A stretch of DNA of 64,000 bases from Octopus vulgaris (Eukaryota). The stretch's first letter is position 1. Every line of letters begins with the position of its first letter. Shown here piece by piece: positions 40,177-53,023 of this stretch. Under the pieces are notes generated by a model. That model worked only from the letters and a program-made list of their open reading frames with translations. It ran no database searches and was not told the DNA's origin. The translations under genes and the position numbers were made by a program. The DNA lies in NCBI GenBank assembly GCA_951406725.2, contig OX597819.1, positions 126,914,001 to 126,978,000 on the forward strand, given 5' to 3'.

Positions 40177-40338
40177 CGACAGACTTCTATCAGTTTCCGT
40201 CTACCAAATCCACTCACAAGGCATTGGTCGGCCCGGGGCTATAGCAGAAGACACTTGCCCAAGAAGCCGCGCTGTGGGACTGAACCCGGAACCATGTGGT
40301 TGATAAGCAAGCTACTTACCACACGGCCACTCCTCCGG
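39945..40338 (-). mobile_element. SINE family B
   Basis: Reverse-strand copy with a small internal deletion. Confidence 0.88.
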
Positions 40339-40593
40339 CTGGAAACTTTTCTTGAAGTAAGAGTAGTCCGCATTATGCCTTTGATGAAATTAGCATTCTT
40401 TCGAAGTTGGTTGTAAATAATTTCTTCGATTCTTCGTTTAGTGTTTAATTTTTATTTCCATTCTCACAGTTAACAAATGTTGCTTCCGTTATGTCAATGG
40501 ACAGCAAATGAGTTATTTCCTCAAAAAGAATTCAATCCGTTGTCGAACACTGAATATGGAAATATTTAACTTCATGGTGGTGTGTACAATCTT

Positions 40594-41039
40594 GGAATCT
40601 TTTCGGTTTGACCGGCAGGTTTTAAAAATAATTTACACGTAACTAAACACTTTTAAACTTCGTATACTGTTAGAATGTGTTTATAAAACATCTTTTTCTC
40701 TTGGCTTTATTGAGAAAATTCCATAGTTTGTAAGATATTTGTTGTTATTTTCTTCAATTTCTGCAATTTCAACCAATCAATGACGTCTATTGAGGTGAAA
40801 ACATTCTGTGCCGTATGAATATGTCCCTCGTTTAAGAAACAGATTGGGTTTATTTACATTTCTGAATAAAGAAAGATACCCTTCCCCCCACCCCTAACCC
40901 TAACCCCAACCCTAATCCTAACTAACCGTAACCCTAAAACAGATTGAAATGCAATAGATCGATACTAGAGTCATAATTATGGGTGACAATTTCATATGAC
41001 ACCGCTAGAAAAAACTGCCGGTCAAACCGAAAAGATCCC
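40594..41039. mobile_element. MITE with about 25-bp TIRs, 6-bp TSD and internal (CCCTAA)n
   Basis: TIR ggaatcttttcggtttgaccggcag / ctgccggtcaaaccgaaaagatccc; aatctt duplicated on both sides; subterminal sequence shared with 36813-38153. Confidence 0.85.
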
Positions 41040-41214
41040 AATCTTGACTGTAAATGAACTTTTCCTCTTCGAGAACGTTTATATTCTTGTAATTGTACGC
41101 TTGCTCGAAGTTCCACGATGAAGCATCGAACCCAGAAGCATGTTCTTATTTCCTTGGCTATGTCACTGCGTATACATAAAAAGGGAATTCGACTATAACA
41201 CCATCCAAGTAAAA

Positions 41215-41981
41215 GGCGGCGAGCTGGCAGAACTGTTAGCACGCCGGGCGAAATGCGTAGCCGTTTTTCGTCTGTCGATACGTTCCAAGTTCAAATTCCG
41301 CCGAGGTCGACTTTGCCTTTCATCCTTTCGGGGTTGATAAATTAAGTACCAGTTACGCACTGGGGTCGATATAATTGACTTAATCCGTTTGTCTGTCCTT
41401 GTTTGTCCTCTTTGTGTTTAGCCCCTTGTGGTTAGTAAAGAAATAGGTATTTCGTCTGCCGCTATGTTCCGAGTTCAAATTCCGCCGAGGTCGACTTTGC
41501 CTTTCATCCTTTCGGGGTCGATAAATTAAGTACCAGTTACGCACTGGGGTCGATATAATTGACTTAATCCGTTTGTCTGTCCTTGTTTGTCCTCTTTGTG
41601 TTTAGCCCCTTGTGGTTAGTAAAGAAATAGGTATTTCGTCTGCCGCTACGTTCCGAGTTCAAATTCCGCCGAGGTCGACTGTGCCTTTCATCCTTTCGGG
41701 GTCGATAAATTAAGTACCAGTTACGCACTGGGGTCGATGTAATCGACTTAATCCGTTTGTCTGTCCTTGTTTGTCCCTCTGTGTTTAGCCCCTTGTGGGT
41801 AGTAAAGAAATAAGTATTTCGTCTGCCGTTACGTTCTGAGTTCAAATTCCGCCGAAGTCGACTTTGCCTTTCATCCTTTCGGCGTACCAGTTACGCACTG
41901 AAGTCGATGTAATCGACTTAATCCGTTTGCCTGTCCTTGTTTGTCCCCTCAGTGTTTAGCCCCTTGTGGGTAGTAAAGAAA
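41215..41981 (+). mobile_element. SINE family A tetramer (one full copy plus three headless units of about 183 bp) inside one TSD
   Basis: Units restart at gtatttcgtctgcc; flanks tataacaccatccaagt (41194-41210) / tataacatcatccaagt (41984-42000). Confidence 0.92.
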
Positions 41982-43039
41982 CATATAACATCATCCAAGT
42001 TAATAAAATTGGAATTAAGTAATTCTATTAGTTTTATTTTAGTTTAATAATTCATCGGATCAAGTATCTGTGCAATATTTCAAATCAACACTTGACCGGC
42101 TTCTCGAAACTGGAGAATTTATCCTTGAAGCTAAGATTAATTTCCTTAATCTAATTCCTCCACAAACGTCTAGTGCCCGTTTTGGGGAAAGTGAGTGGGG
42201 AATTTAAATCTACTTAATGATATATAATGTGCCGATTTTAGATGAAAAGGGAAAAGGGGAATTCGGGATTAGTAAAGGAATTTTATAAAATAATTATTAT
42301 TTAACAATCATCAAGTTACCGCTACGTCTGCCAGTTAGTAAGTCATAAACCGAATATAATAAAAAGAAATCGTTGTTAGGTTACATCTCTTAAAATAATT
42401 TATTGTATCTTTTATAAGCATAAAATGTTAACATAATTTTTATGTTGTATTTGTTCCGGTTTCTTAAGTTTCCAGTTCAAGTTCTACTAAGGTCAACTTC
42501 GTGTTTCGTCTTTCTGAATTTGTAATAGTAAAGTACAAGTCAAATACTAGGGCCAATTTGATTAACCACCTTCTTAATTTCTGACTTTATATAAGAAATT
42601 ATTTTTGTAAGTGTGGTTGAGACTCTTTGCTGAAGAATGTTTGCTGATATTGTTAAATTCCAGTTCAGTTCTGATTAAAAAACAGAAAAATGTCAAGCTA
42701 TTCTAGCTGCGACCATCCTGTCTTTCTTGCATATAAAAATTTTAAGGAGTGGGAATAGCTTTCAAAACTGTTTTACTTAACATCCCGGACTGTTCAGAGA
42801 AAAGTACGGTTAGCGATAGGGGTGGTGGTGAGTTGCTGTTAGAATTTTGAGTTCTTGAAATCCTGTAATCGGAAATCCGGTAAGGATGTTTGCAACAAAG
42901 TGAACTCGTCTGACATTAAAATTTCGTAACGTTTTAGTTGCGCGTTTCCTATTTGTTTTCCCTTCTCCTGATTTCTATACACCTTGCTTTTTAAAAGTTT
43001 GCTTTGTTATGTGACTTTCATATCTAGTTGTATATGTTA

Positions 43040-43420
43040 CTAGCAGTATCGCCCGGTGTTGCTCGGGTTTGTAAGGGAAATAACTATATAAGCATTTTTA
43101 GAGAGTTATAGCAAAAAAATGCATTAAAAATGGAAAAAAAATGATGGTAAATTTTTTTTAATCGTTGACTCATCGTAGACATTTTTAGAGAGTTACTTCC
43201 CTTATATAATAGCGAAAAAATGCATTAAAATGGAAAAAAAATGATGGTAATTTTTTTATCGTAGACTCATCGTAGACGCGCGCTAATACCCAGAAGGGCT
43301 CGATATGAATCACGACTATAAGATACCCGCTTTTGGTTAAACTGCACCGCAAAATGTGGGAGTAGTTAGGAATCTAAATCGTAGGAGACAGACACACAAC
43401 TTCACTTTTATATATAAAGA
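43040..43420 (-). mobile_element. Non-autonomous Helitron
   Basis: Minus strand starts TCtttatatataaaa and ends with hairpin cccgagcaacaccggg then atactgCTAG|T; internal tandem duplication. The 5' flank is T rather than the usual A. Confidence 0.82.
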
Positions 43421-43488
43421 AAAGGTGGTCGTTTGATAGAATGGTTTGAGCGTCGAATAGAATGCTGTGCAATAATTATTCCGCTTAA

Positions 43489-43717
43489 GGCGGCGAGCTG
43501 GCAGAAACGTTAGCACGCCGGGCGAAATGCGTAGCCGTATTTCGTCTGCCGTTACGTTCTGAGTTCAAATTCCGCCGAGGTCGACTTTGCCTTTCATCCT
43601 TTCGGGGTCGATAAATTAAGTACTAGTTACGCACTGGGGTCGATGTAATCGACTTAATCCGTTTGTCTGTTCTTGTTTGTCCTCTCTGTGTTTAGCCCTT
43701 TGTGGGTTGTAAAGAAA
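43489..43717 (+). mobile_element. SINE family A with TSD
   Basis: Full length; flanks aataattattccgctt / aataattattccactt. Confidence 0.92.
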
Positions 43718-44195
43718 CAAATAATTATTCCACTTCTGAAACCCTGCCAGTGTCTGTTAAAATATCAGCCGCTTGCTGGTGCGGATCTCTGCCCGCCCTA
43801 GCTGTAGTACTGCTACTGTAGCTGTAGTAATCCAGCTCCGATAGTGTTGCTGGGTCTAAAGTGGAAGGTGCGGAGAAAGTGCTTGTCTCTGTTTGTGATT
43901 TACGAAAAAAAAAACAACAGAAAAATCAAAATACTATCAGCAAAACTCTGGGTGCCTCGTTGACCACTATTATATTTTCAGCTAATAAAACAGTCTATCT
44001 ATCGTGTTTACACACACGTGCGCACACGCACACACACACACACAGACGCATTGTAAACCCGCTGTAGAATATGGATTTTGCTTTCAATTTCTTTACAGGT
44101 TACATTTTTTTAAATATTCATATTCATTCCATTCCATGGATGTTTCGTTTGCCATTGTAAAGACCTATCAACTGGACCACCATCTAAACAAATGA

Positions 44196-44517
44196 GAGAC
44201 CCCTTCGGTCATGAATGATCATGGGATTGCATCTAGAAAGTTATCTTCTGAGGTACAAGTCCGGGCAAGATTGTTTATGGAAGGCCAGCAGTCGCCAATG
44301 CATACCAGCCTCACATCTCTACACCACTGATGTTATCCAAGGGAAAGGCAAAGGGGCCGATACAGCTTGGCACCAGTGACGTCGCAACTCATTTAACTGG
44401 AGCAACGTGAAGTAAAGTGTCTTGCTGAAGAACACATCACGCAGCCCGGTCCGGAAATCGAACTCACAACCTCACGATCGTAAGCTCGACGCTCTAACCA
44501 CTGAGCCATGCGCCGTC
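44196..44517 (-). mobile_element. tRNA-derived CORE-type SINE, family D
   Basis: Minus strand: ggcgcatggctcagtggttagagc A-box, gagttcgatttcc B-box, CORE-like tgtgttcttcagcaagacactttacttcac. Confidence 0.8.
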
Positions 44518-44754
44518 ACATCTACACGAATATTAACTTTAAATTTACATATGAAAAGCGTCTGTAAATTTCTATGACAGATTTAATGGCATAACGTGAC
44601 TTGTTAGTAATTGATCGCACAGAAATTAAGGTCCAGAGTATATATTAGTACCGATTATAACACACATCTTTGGACAGATGCCAAGAGTCTATTACTTGCT
44701 TTACAATGAAGATATGAACAGAGACAATTCAAGCTATTACATTGATTTATCAAT

Positions 44755-45058
44755 GGAGGCACATGGCCCAGTGGTTAGAGCAGCGGACTCGCGGTTGAGG
44801 GACCGCGGGTTCGAATCTCAGACCCGGCGATGTGTGTGTTTATGAGCGAAAACACCTAAGCTCCACGCGGCTCCGGCAGAAGCTAATGGCGAAACTTCTG
44901 CTGACTCTTTCGCCACTTTCTCTCACTCTTTCCTCCTGCATCTTGCAGCTCACCTGCGATGGATCGGCGTCCCGTCCATGTGGGGAACCTATACGCCGGG
45001 AAACCGGCCCTTATAAGCCAGGCATGGCTCGAGAAGGAACAAACAAAACAAAAAAAAA
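44755..45058 (+). mobile_element. SINE with family C head and a third type of 3' tail
   Basis: Head ggaggcacatggcccagtggttagagcagcggactcgc; tail ccggcccttataagccaggcatggctcgagaagg plus A-rich end; flanks attgatttatca / attgctttatca. Confidence 0.82.
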
Positions 45059-45481
45059 ATTGCTTTATCAGCTGCATGGATCTTTAATTAGTAAGAATGT
45101 GAAAATTATTAGTGGCTGTACTGATTATTGTGGAAGTCGATGTGTTAAAAATGTTGGGGGCGTTTAGATAATATTTTTATTTAAATACGAATTTGATGAA
45201 TTTAGAATATTGTTCTTGTCCATAAAAATTTTTTTGTTGATAATCCATTGTCAAAACATGAAATTTCTATCAGTTTTAAAAACAGAACTTAAAAATCCGA
45301 AGAAATTACAATAATACAAATAGAAGTAAAATATTTCGAGAGAAAAGGAGGAATAAATAAATTCCAGAAGTGAAAAAATAAGGAAAAAATTTAAGGCTAA
45401 ATGTACTTGAAACATGTTTAGGATAGGAATGGAGATTGAGAGATGGTTTAACGAAAAAATTCAGGAAGAGTAAGCGAGCGT

Positions 45482-45537
<56 letters not shown>

Positions 45538-46199
45538 ACATATATATATACACACACACAAACACACACACACACACACACAATTGAGTGAACAAACGAA
45601 AGAAAAAGGCACTCAATACATTCAAAATGACTGAAACAGGTAAAAGAATAAAAGAATATATACACACACATGCAAACAAACAAACGCACACACACACACA
45701 CACACAAATACATGTACACATACACACGCGTATATATACACGTACACACGCGCACCTGCACCCGCATGCACATTTACACAAATGTGTATTTAAACTGGGT
45801 AGTAGAGCATATGAGAAGCAACCGAAAGAAATAATCGAGAGGAACAAAAACAATCAGTTTAAAATAATGGGGCGGGGTGGGGGACCAAAGAAAATATATA
45901 TATTTAGCTGAAATAGATTCATAAAAACAATAGGAGAGGGAAATGAAACGAGACAATAAGAGACCAGAATGTTTAAGGAATAAAAGAGAAAAGAAGGGAG
46001 AGGCAGAAAAAAATTAAAAGTTTAAAAACTGCTTTGAAATTAGTGATTTAAAATGCAGAGAAGGTCGGCAAGAAAAGGAATAACTATGGTTAGTATAGAA
46101 GGAATACATGACATAATGGTAAAAACGGAAAATAGTAAGAGAATAGAGACCAAAAAGAAATGGCTGAGAGATAAAGAAATCAGAAAGTGAAACTAGGTT

Positions 46200-46351
46200 C
46201 ATTATTTACATTATTTACATTCGACGGATATTTTTTCTCATCTTGTTTGTTGTTAACACAACGTTTCAGCTGATATACATACACCCCAGCCTTTTTCAGG
46301 TGTCTTGGGGAAATTTCGAAACTGGGTTCTCATTCCTAATGTATTTTTCGA

Positions 46352-46382
<31 letters not shown>

Positions 46383-46651
46383 GTTATTGTTATTGTTCAG
46401 GTAACTGCTTGGAATCGAACTCGGAATATGCCCACGGGCAACAACAAGAACAACAACAATAATAATAATAACAACAACATCGAAAAATACCTTAGGAATG
46501 AGAACCCAGGGTCGAAATTTCCCCGAGACACCTGAAAAAGGCTGGAGGGTATATCAGCCGAAACGTTGTGTTAACAACAAACGAAGACAAATATCCGTCG
46601 AATGTAAATAATATAAATACTACATAATTCCTCATCTCTTAAATATAGAAC
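46200..46651. mobile_element. Palindromic Penelope-end-like element with 12-bp TSD (HHR family ii)
   Basis: Arms about 46200-46400 and 46440-46620 are inverted; tgaaactaggtt duplicated at 46188-46199 and 46652-46663. Confidence 0.8.
46527..46572 (+). ncRNA. Minimal type I hammerhead motif with mutated core (probably inactive)
   Basis: acac-CTGAAAA-a-ggctg gagggtatat cagcc-GAAA-cg-TT-gtgt; G8 of CUGANGA is replaced by A. Confidence 0.6.
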
Positions 46652-46689
46652 TGAAACTAGGTTATTAGTAATTTGGCGGAGGGGAACTA

Positions 46690-47312
46690 CCTTTTGAGAA
46701 CATGTTCTTCGTGTTCAGATGATTTGGTGTCTTCTAGCATATTAGGAATCCACATTGGTGGCTATTCCTCTTATTTATATATGTAATATAATTCATAATC
46801 TTCGGATATTTTTTAAAGTATGCTGGGCCACTGGTTTAAATTGATATTAATTAATAATATTAATTTCTACCCTCATTATTTAACTTTTAAATAACTATGT
46901 TCTCTAGCCGGTGGATTCGCTACGGAGCTTTATTAACTGCAGAATTCTTTCAAGTTTTAGTGCGCCAAAATGAAGACATTTGTAAGAGAGTCCATGATAC
47001 ATAATTGGTAAAACTTCATGGATGTTCTCTGTCGAGAGGACGTATTGTATCTGGTTCCGTGAATTATGTTTCCTGCAATGATTTCACTGGTGACTATTCC
47101 TCTTTCTTACGTATATAATATAATGTATAGTTCTATATTTAAGAGATGAGTAATTACGTACACTATTTACAATTTATTTAAATAAATGTAATATAATTTA
47201 TATTTAAATAATGTAATATAATGTATAGTCTTCAGATAATTTTAAGTATGCTAGGCCACTGGTTTAAATTGATATTAATTAATAATATTAATTTCTACCC
47301 TCATTATTTAAC
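46690..47312 (+). mobile_element. Degenerate tandem repeat related to the 62990-63380 HHR-bearing element
   Basis: Direct repeat of agtatgct.ggccactggtttaaattgatattaattaataatattaatttctaccctcattatttaact at about 46817 and 47245; reverse complement resembles 62990-63052. Confidence 0.55.
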
Positions 47313-47324
47313 TCTTATACACAC

Positions 47325-47388
<64 letters not shown>

Positions 47389-47390
<2 letters not shown>

Positions 47391-47587
47391 TTCTTTATTA
47401 CCCACAAGGTGCTAAACATAACGGGGACAAACAAGGACAGACAAAGGTATTAAGTCGATTACATCGACCCCAGTGTGTAATTGGTACTTAATTTATCGAC
47501 CCCGAAAGGATGAAAGGCAAAGTCGACCTCGGCGGAATTTGAACTCAGAACGTAACGGCAGACGAAATACGGCTACGCATTTCGCCG
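47389..47587 (-). mobile_element. SINE family A, 5'-truncated
   Basis: Reverse-strand match to family A. Confidence 0.88.
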
Positions 47588-48823
47588 CTCGATAAAATAA
47601 ATACCATTTGAAAGCTGGGATCAACGTAGTCGACTTTGCCCCTTCCCACCCTGATTTTGCTGGCCTTGTGCAAAACTTTGAAACCGATATTAGTGTCGTT
47701 GTTGCTAAGGTGATGAGCTGGAAGAAACGTTACAACGCGAGACAAAATACTTAGCGATATTTCTTCTGGCTTTACATTCTGAGTTGAAATGGCAACGAGA
47801 TCAACATTAACTTTTATTCTTTCGGGGTCGATAAAATATACCATCTGAGCATTTAGATCAATATTATCGAATGTGCTCCCTCATAAAATTCTAGGTCTCG
47901 AGCAGGAAGTGTATTAGTGTTATTTACGGGTGATTATAGTTTTCTTTTTTCTCAAAAATTTCTATTCTTCCGGTAATGTTTCAATCGGAAAAAAAAAAAA
48001 ATCCGAATCTTTTCTGTTTCTTGTAATCTGAAAATGAATTATAATTAAATAGTTTAGAATGATTCAGGAAGTATTTAACAATGATATAAACTTAAAAAAA
48101 CACACACATGGAATTATATTTAGAAAGCCATCAATTAATTTATAAACAGAATCTTGGCATAACTTTACGCATAGCAAATCTGATCATGATTTATTACTAA
48201 TATATTTTGAACATTATATGTTTCTTTTATGTGTTTCTAAATATTTACGTATCTTAGGGTAATTCTTACGACTGTTATGCATGACTTATTTACATTTCCT
48301 CTCTCAAATTGATATCGATTTTCAAATCAGCTCGAATTTCTGTCTGTTGTTAACATGCATTTTCACTCCGACTCGAACAAGTATAGTTAAATGCATATTT
48401 AAATGATATATCGATTTTTAGTGAAGGCATAAAGGCCTAAAGTTTTAAATCGAGTGTTTAGCGTACAATCGATTGAACTGAACCTAATATTTGATAGGAG
48501 GTATGAACGGCAAAACCTGATCCCGGCGTGATCTGAACTCGGAACGAAAGTAGACACAACAGAATTCTGCCCTCGGCCCGACACATGTCACCCTGGAATC
48601 AATTTTTAAAAATTCAATTGCCGCTACTCTCTGTTGGCCTTAAATCCTGATAAATGTCCCCATTTTCGGGATTTGAATTTAGAGTGACTATCTGCCCTTC
48701 TCTCTCTCTCTCTCTTTCTCTCTCTCTCGCTCACTCACTTGTATGTAATGTATGTGTACAACATCATCATTATCATGTGTGTGTCTATATACATCATCAT
48801 CATCATCATCCTCATCATCATTA

Positions 48824-49403
48824 TTCGAGCACCATCCGGCGGTTCCAGGCAGTGCTGATTTCTGCAAGTGCGCCACTCTTATTGCAGCCCCTATTTGTTC
48901 CATGTACTTCTCAAGATTTCTATACATTGCTCCCAGGGCTCCGATAATTATTGGTACTACTACCACCTTTTTCAGCGACCATAACTGCTTAACCTCCCAA
49001 GCTAACCTGTCATATCTATCGGCTTTTCTTTCTTCGTTATCGCATACCTTGTTGTCAGCTAGGCATGTTATATCTATGATCCAGCATCGTTTGCTTTCTT
49101 TCTCAATTAAGACTATGTCTGGTTTCCTATTCTCTATCTCATGGTCGCACTAAATCATAAAATCCGATAGGATCTTTGCATTATCATTTTCGATGATGCC
49201 TTCGGGTTTATGTTCGTACCACTTTTTTGCTCTGTCAAGTCCATGCTTGTTGCAAAGTGTCCAATGGACAATCCTTGCCATGTTGTTCTTGATTTCTCTT
49301 ATATTCTTTCTTGGCTAGTGGCGTATGTTGACTGGTAATATGCCATACGGTTTCACCATTTTGTCCACAAATTGTGCACTTACCACATTCTGATGTGTTT
49401 TCT
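48824..49403 (-). pseudogene. R4/Dong-clade LINE C-terminal fragment (zinc knuckle and restriction-like endonuclease)
   Basis: KCTICGQNGETVWHITS..., WYEHKPEGIIEN, RKPDIVLIEKESKRCWIIDI and VVPIIIGALG..HLQKSAL are typical RLE-domain motifs; frameshifted. Confidence 0.9.
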
Positions 49404-49434
49404 ATTATTATTATTATTATTATCATCATCATCA

Positions 49435-49516
<82 letters not shown>

Positions 49517-49584
49517 CCTTATTATCATTATTATTATTATTATTATTATTATTAGTAGTAGTATTATTATTATTATTAATTTTA

Positions 49585-49615
<31 letters not shown>

Positions 49616-49629
49616 CATCATCATCATCA

Positions 49630-49702
<73 letters not shown>
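49404..49702. repeat. (ATT)n/(ATC)n microsatellite, about 300 bp
   Basis: Direct trinucleotide repeat. Confidence 0.97.
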
Positions 49703-49703
<1 letters not shown>

Positions 49704-50262
49704 GAGTGAGAGAGCAGTGCATGCCATCAAAGTGACATTGGGGTAAAATATACGAAGCCCAGTGTACCCATCATGATTACCCGTCTGATAAGAGTACACC
49801 AGGCACATGCATCCCAACCATATGTGCGTGACATGGTGATCTCACATCAAGATAAACAGCACATGACCTTACAGGTGGAGCCCAGTTAGAAATTTCTTCA
49901 GGTTGAGTAGCCCATCCCGCTCAAAAGGTCCCTGAATAAGGGTTGTTTAAGAATGTTGAACGAAGCACCCATGTTTCCAGAGGTGCATTATTCAAACCCC
50001 AAAAGAATCCCTCTCAACACATGGCTATGATGCTCCCCCGCTACTTCTGCTCGTGATCAGAGATGCACATATCGTCAGCCACTAAGGGACATGCTCAACT
50101 GGTTAAGGTCAAACAACTGACAAGCAAATCTGTGGTATTGAGCAGAATATTTGCTGTAGCTCATCATTTATACCAAGACAAAACAATGTACATGATAACA
50201 CTTCCAATCAGTTAAGATCAGAAGCTACGTGAGCCATTGCTTGGTACTACATCAGGGCATAT
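49703..50262 (-). mobile_element. Non-coding repeat ending at (AAT)n; probable R4/Dong-type 3' UTR or derived SINE
   Basis: Balanced-GC segment abutting the (AAT)n array at ggcatgcactgctctctcactc; no ORF; clade assignment inferred only from the target repeat. Confidence 0.4.
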
Positions 50263-50422
50263 TTTATCATTATTATAGTTGTTTTGTTTTTTGTTGTTAT
50301 TAAGGCAGCGAAATGGCAGACTTGTTATCATGCCGGACACAATGCTTAGCGGCATACTGGGATCAATGTAATCGTTTTACTCCCTCCCCGAAATTGCTGG
50401 TCTTGTGCTAAAATTTGAAACC

Positions 50423-50477
<55 letters not shown>

Positions 50478-51317
50478 TATGTTTGACTTTTGCTTTACAT
50501 TTGCACAAGCTGGCTCCAAGTCTCACCTAGAGACCTCAATTTGGAAGTTCGTGTTGGTGTTATGCCTAGGGTGCCATATATTTGGTTTTGTACTTAGTGT
50601 TGTACTAGTGAATACCTAAAAAACCATACAAAAATCATATTTGTTTTAAAACTTGAGATTACATCATCATTATTATTATAACTGAGGTTTCGATTTCTGG
50701 AATGAGTAGTGCATTGTGATCTTGAACAAAATACCTCATTTCACGTTGCTCCAGTACATTCAGCTGGCAAAAATGAATAACCCTGCAACGGACTGGCGTG
50801 CATTCAGGTGGTGAAATATATTCGTCACAGAATCCAGAAGACTATCTCTATGATCTTATGACTGGAGAAAGACCTTTCAGCTTCTAAAATCTGGCGGTGT
50901 GTTGGCAGAATCGTCAGCACGCCGGAAAAAGTACTTATCGGTAATTCGTCCGTTTTTATTTTTTGAGTTCAAATTCCGCTGAGATCGATTTTGCATCCTT
51001 TTGGAGGTGCTGAAATAAGTACAAGTTGACCTCTGTAGTCAATGTAATCACCTATCCCCCGTCCCCAAATTTTCAGATCTTGCTCTTATCTTAAGAAAGG
51101 ATTAGTATTATTAGTATTATTAGTCGGGACCTGGCAAAATCGTTGGTATGCCGGATATAACGCAAAGCGTCATTTCTTCCGATTCTTTTACGTTCTGAAT
51201 TCAAATTCCACCAAGGTTGACTTTGCATTTCATCCTTTCAGGGTCAATAAAACAAATACCATTCAGTTGTCGATGTGATTGACGAATGTGAGCAACCTGT
51301 GACGATCGAAGAATACC

Positions 51318-51549
51318 TATTTCTTTACTACCCACAAGGGGCTAAACACAGAGGGGACAAACAAGGACAGACAAACGGATTAAGTCGATTATATCGACCC
51401 CAGTGCGTAACTGGTACTTATTTAATCGACCCCGAAGGGATGAAAGGCAAAGTCAACCTCGGCGTAATTTGAACTCAGAACGTAGCGACAGACGAAATAC
51501 GGCTACGCATTTCGCTCGGCGTGCAAACGTTTCTGCCAGCTCGCCGCCT
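51318..51549 (-). mobile_element. SINE family A
   Basis: Full-length reverse-strand copy preceded by older degenerate family A-like copies (50890-51290). Confidence 0.9.
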
Positions 51550-52866
51550 TCACGATTGAAAAATATAATTCCCTTAGGTTCTCTGAAGTGGTATGGAACG
51601 CTAAACTTACGGTTTCAAAGAAAGCCTCTTTAACCACACGCTCATGCCTGCGTCTAAATTTTAAATGGTGCGTTGAATGTAGTAATTACATAGATAACCA
51701 TTTAGCGACGTTCTTCAATATTTTAAAGTTGAATTACTAAAACTGTCGACAGGTATATGTGCCGTCACCAATGTGTTCCATCTAATCAATCTCACATATG
51801 ATTTTTTCCTGTCTCGCATAAATACCCTTCATTCCCTCATTTTCGTTCTCTGCCTCTTACTTTAGGCCTTCATTTATACTCGACTATTGCTCAAACCAAT
51901 GGAGTAGAAACGAAAGTCTATGAATTCGCGTTTGTGTTTCTTCTTTAAATTTCATCCGATTAACTAATAAAGAGCAGCTGTTAAGTAACGACGTAACAAA
52001 TCTATGATGAAAGACTTGTTATTTTATAGACTTGTCATTAATTCAAATATAACCCGTCATTAATTTCGTATTTTCCGAGTAAATTCAATAACTCCCGGCT
52101 TTTCTATCCACTTAAGTTTCTTCCATACTATATACACGCACACACTCACACGCACACACATACATACATAAAAAATGAGTTTCTACAAACATGTTCACTC
52201 ATTACAACACATGTACACTAGTTTAGATTTAATCATCGATACATATGTACATACATGAATAAAAGAATCCACACGCACACACAGACACACATACTCACAC
52301 ACGCACACATACACACACACACACACTCACACACGCACACTCACACACACGCATACTCTTTCTCCCACATACACACACATACACACACAACAGCCTTCGT
52401 AACATAAGTTGGATTCTCTCTGTTTTGACGGGAATTTGTTTTCCAAATATTTTCACTACGCCTTTTGAAATGATGGTGGCAGGCATTGGAGGTGTGAAAG
52501 GCAGCTTTTTATGGAAGAAAAAATAATTGAAAACGGCATAGTAAAAAATCAGAGGAAAAATCCCCGTCCGGAGAAAAATCCGCCTGATGGGGGTGTCCTG
52601 ATCCTCAGATACGCCGGTTATTTGTAGGTGTTCATCGTAGCTACAAGTACACTAATTCATATAATTGAATACCGGTGAAGATCAATATACAGTATAGTGA
52701 TCGATACAAAACTGAGTTACTAGAATACCGAAGATGACTGGGGCGGATTTTTTTTTGTGGGGAATATATTAAGAGAGTTAAGAAATGGGAATAATGAATA
52801 AAAGGTCAAACTGATGTTATTTATTTTTTGCCTTTGTAGCGCTATATATATATATATATATATATA

Positions 52867-52992
52867 TGTCGAAGAGCGTCGGCTCGAAACGTAAAAGACT
52901 TTCTCACTTCCCGAGCATTAAAACTAATACATCTGTTTGTTGTTTACACAGCCATCTTCGTATTTTGCTTTTTTTTTTGTAAATTCTCACAG
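52867..52992 (+). mobile_element. Penelope-end-like repeat fragment (family v)
   Basis: tgtcgaa-gagc gtcg gctc-gaaacgtaaaagac; homologous to 21580-21750; lies between (TA)n tracts. Confidence 0.55.
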
Positions 52993-53023
52993 TATATATA
53001 TATATGCATATATATATATATAT

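Noticed and set aside
41215-41981. Regular repeats superficially like a CRISPR array
   Set aside because: Units are complete SINE bodies with no unique spacers, and there are no cas genes.
49235-49817. Poly-I, poly-L and poly-N ORFs
   Set aside because: Translations of the (ATT)n tract.
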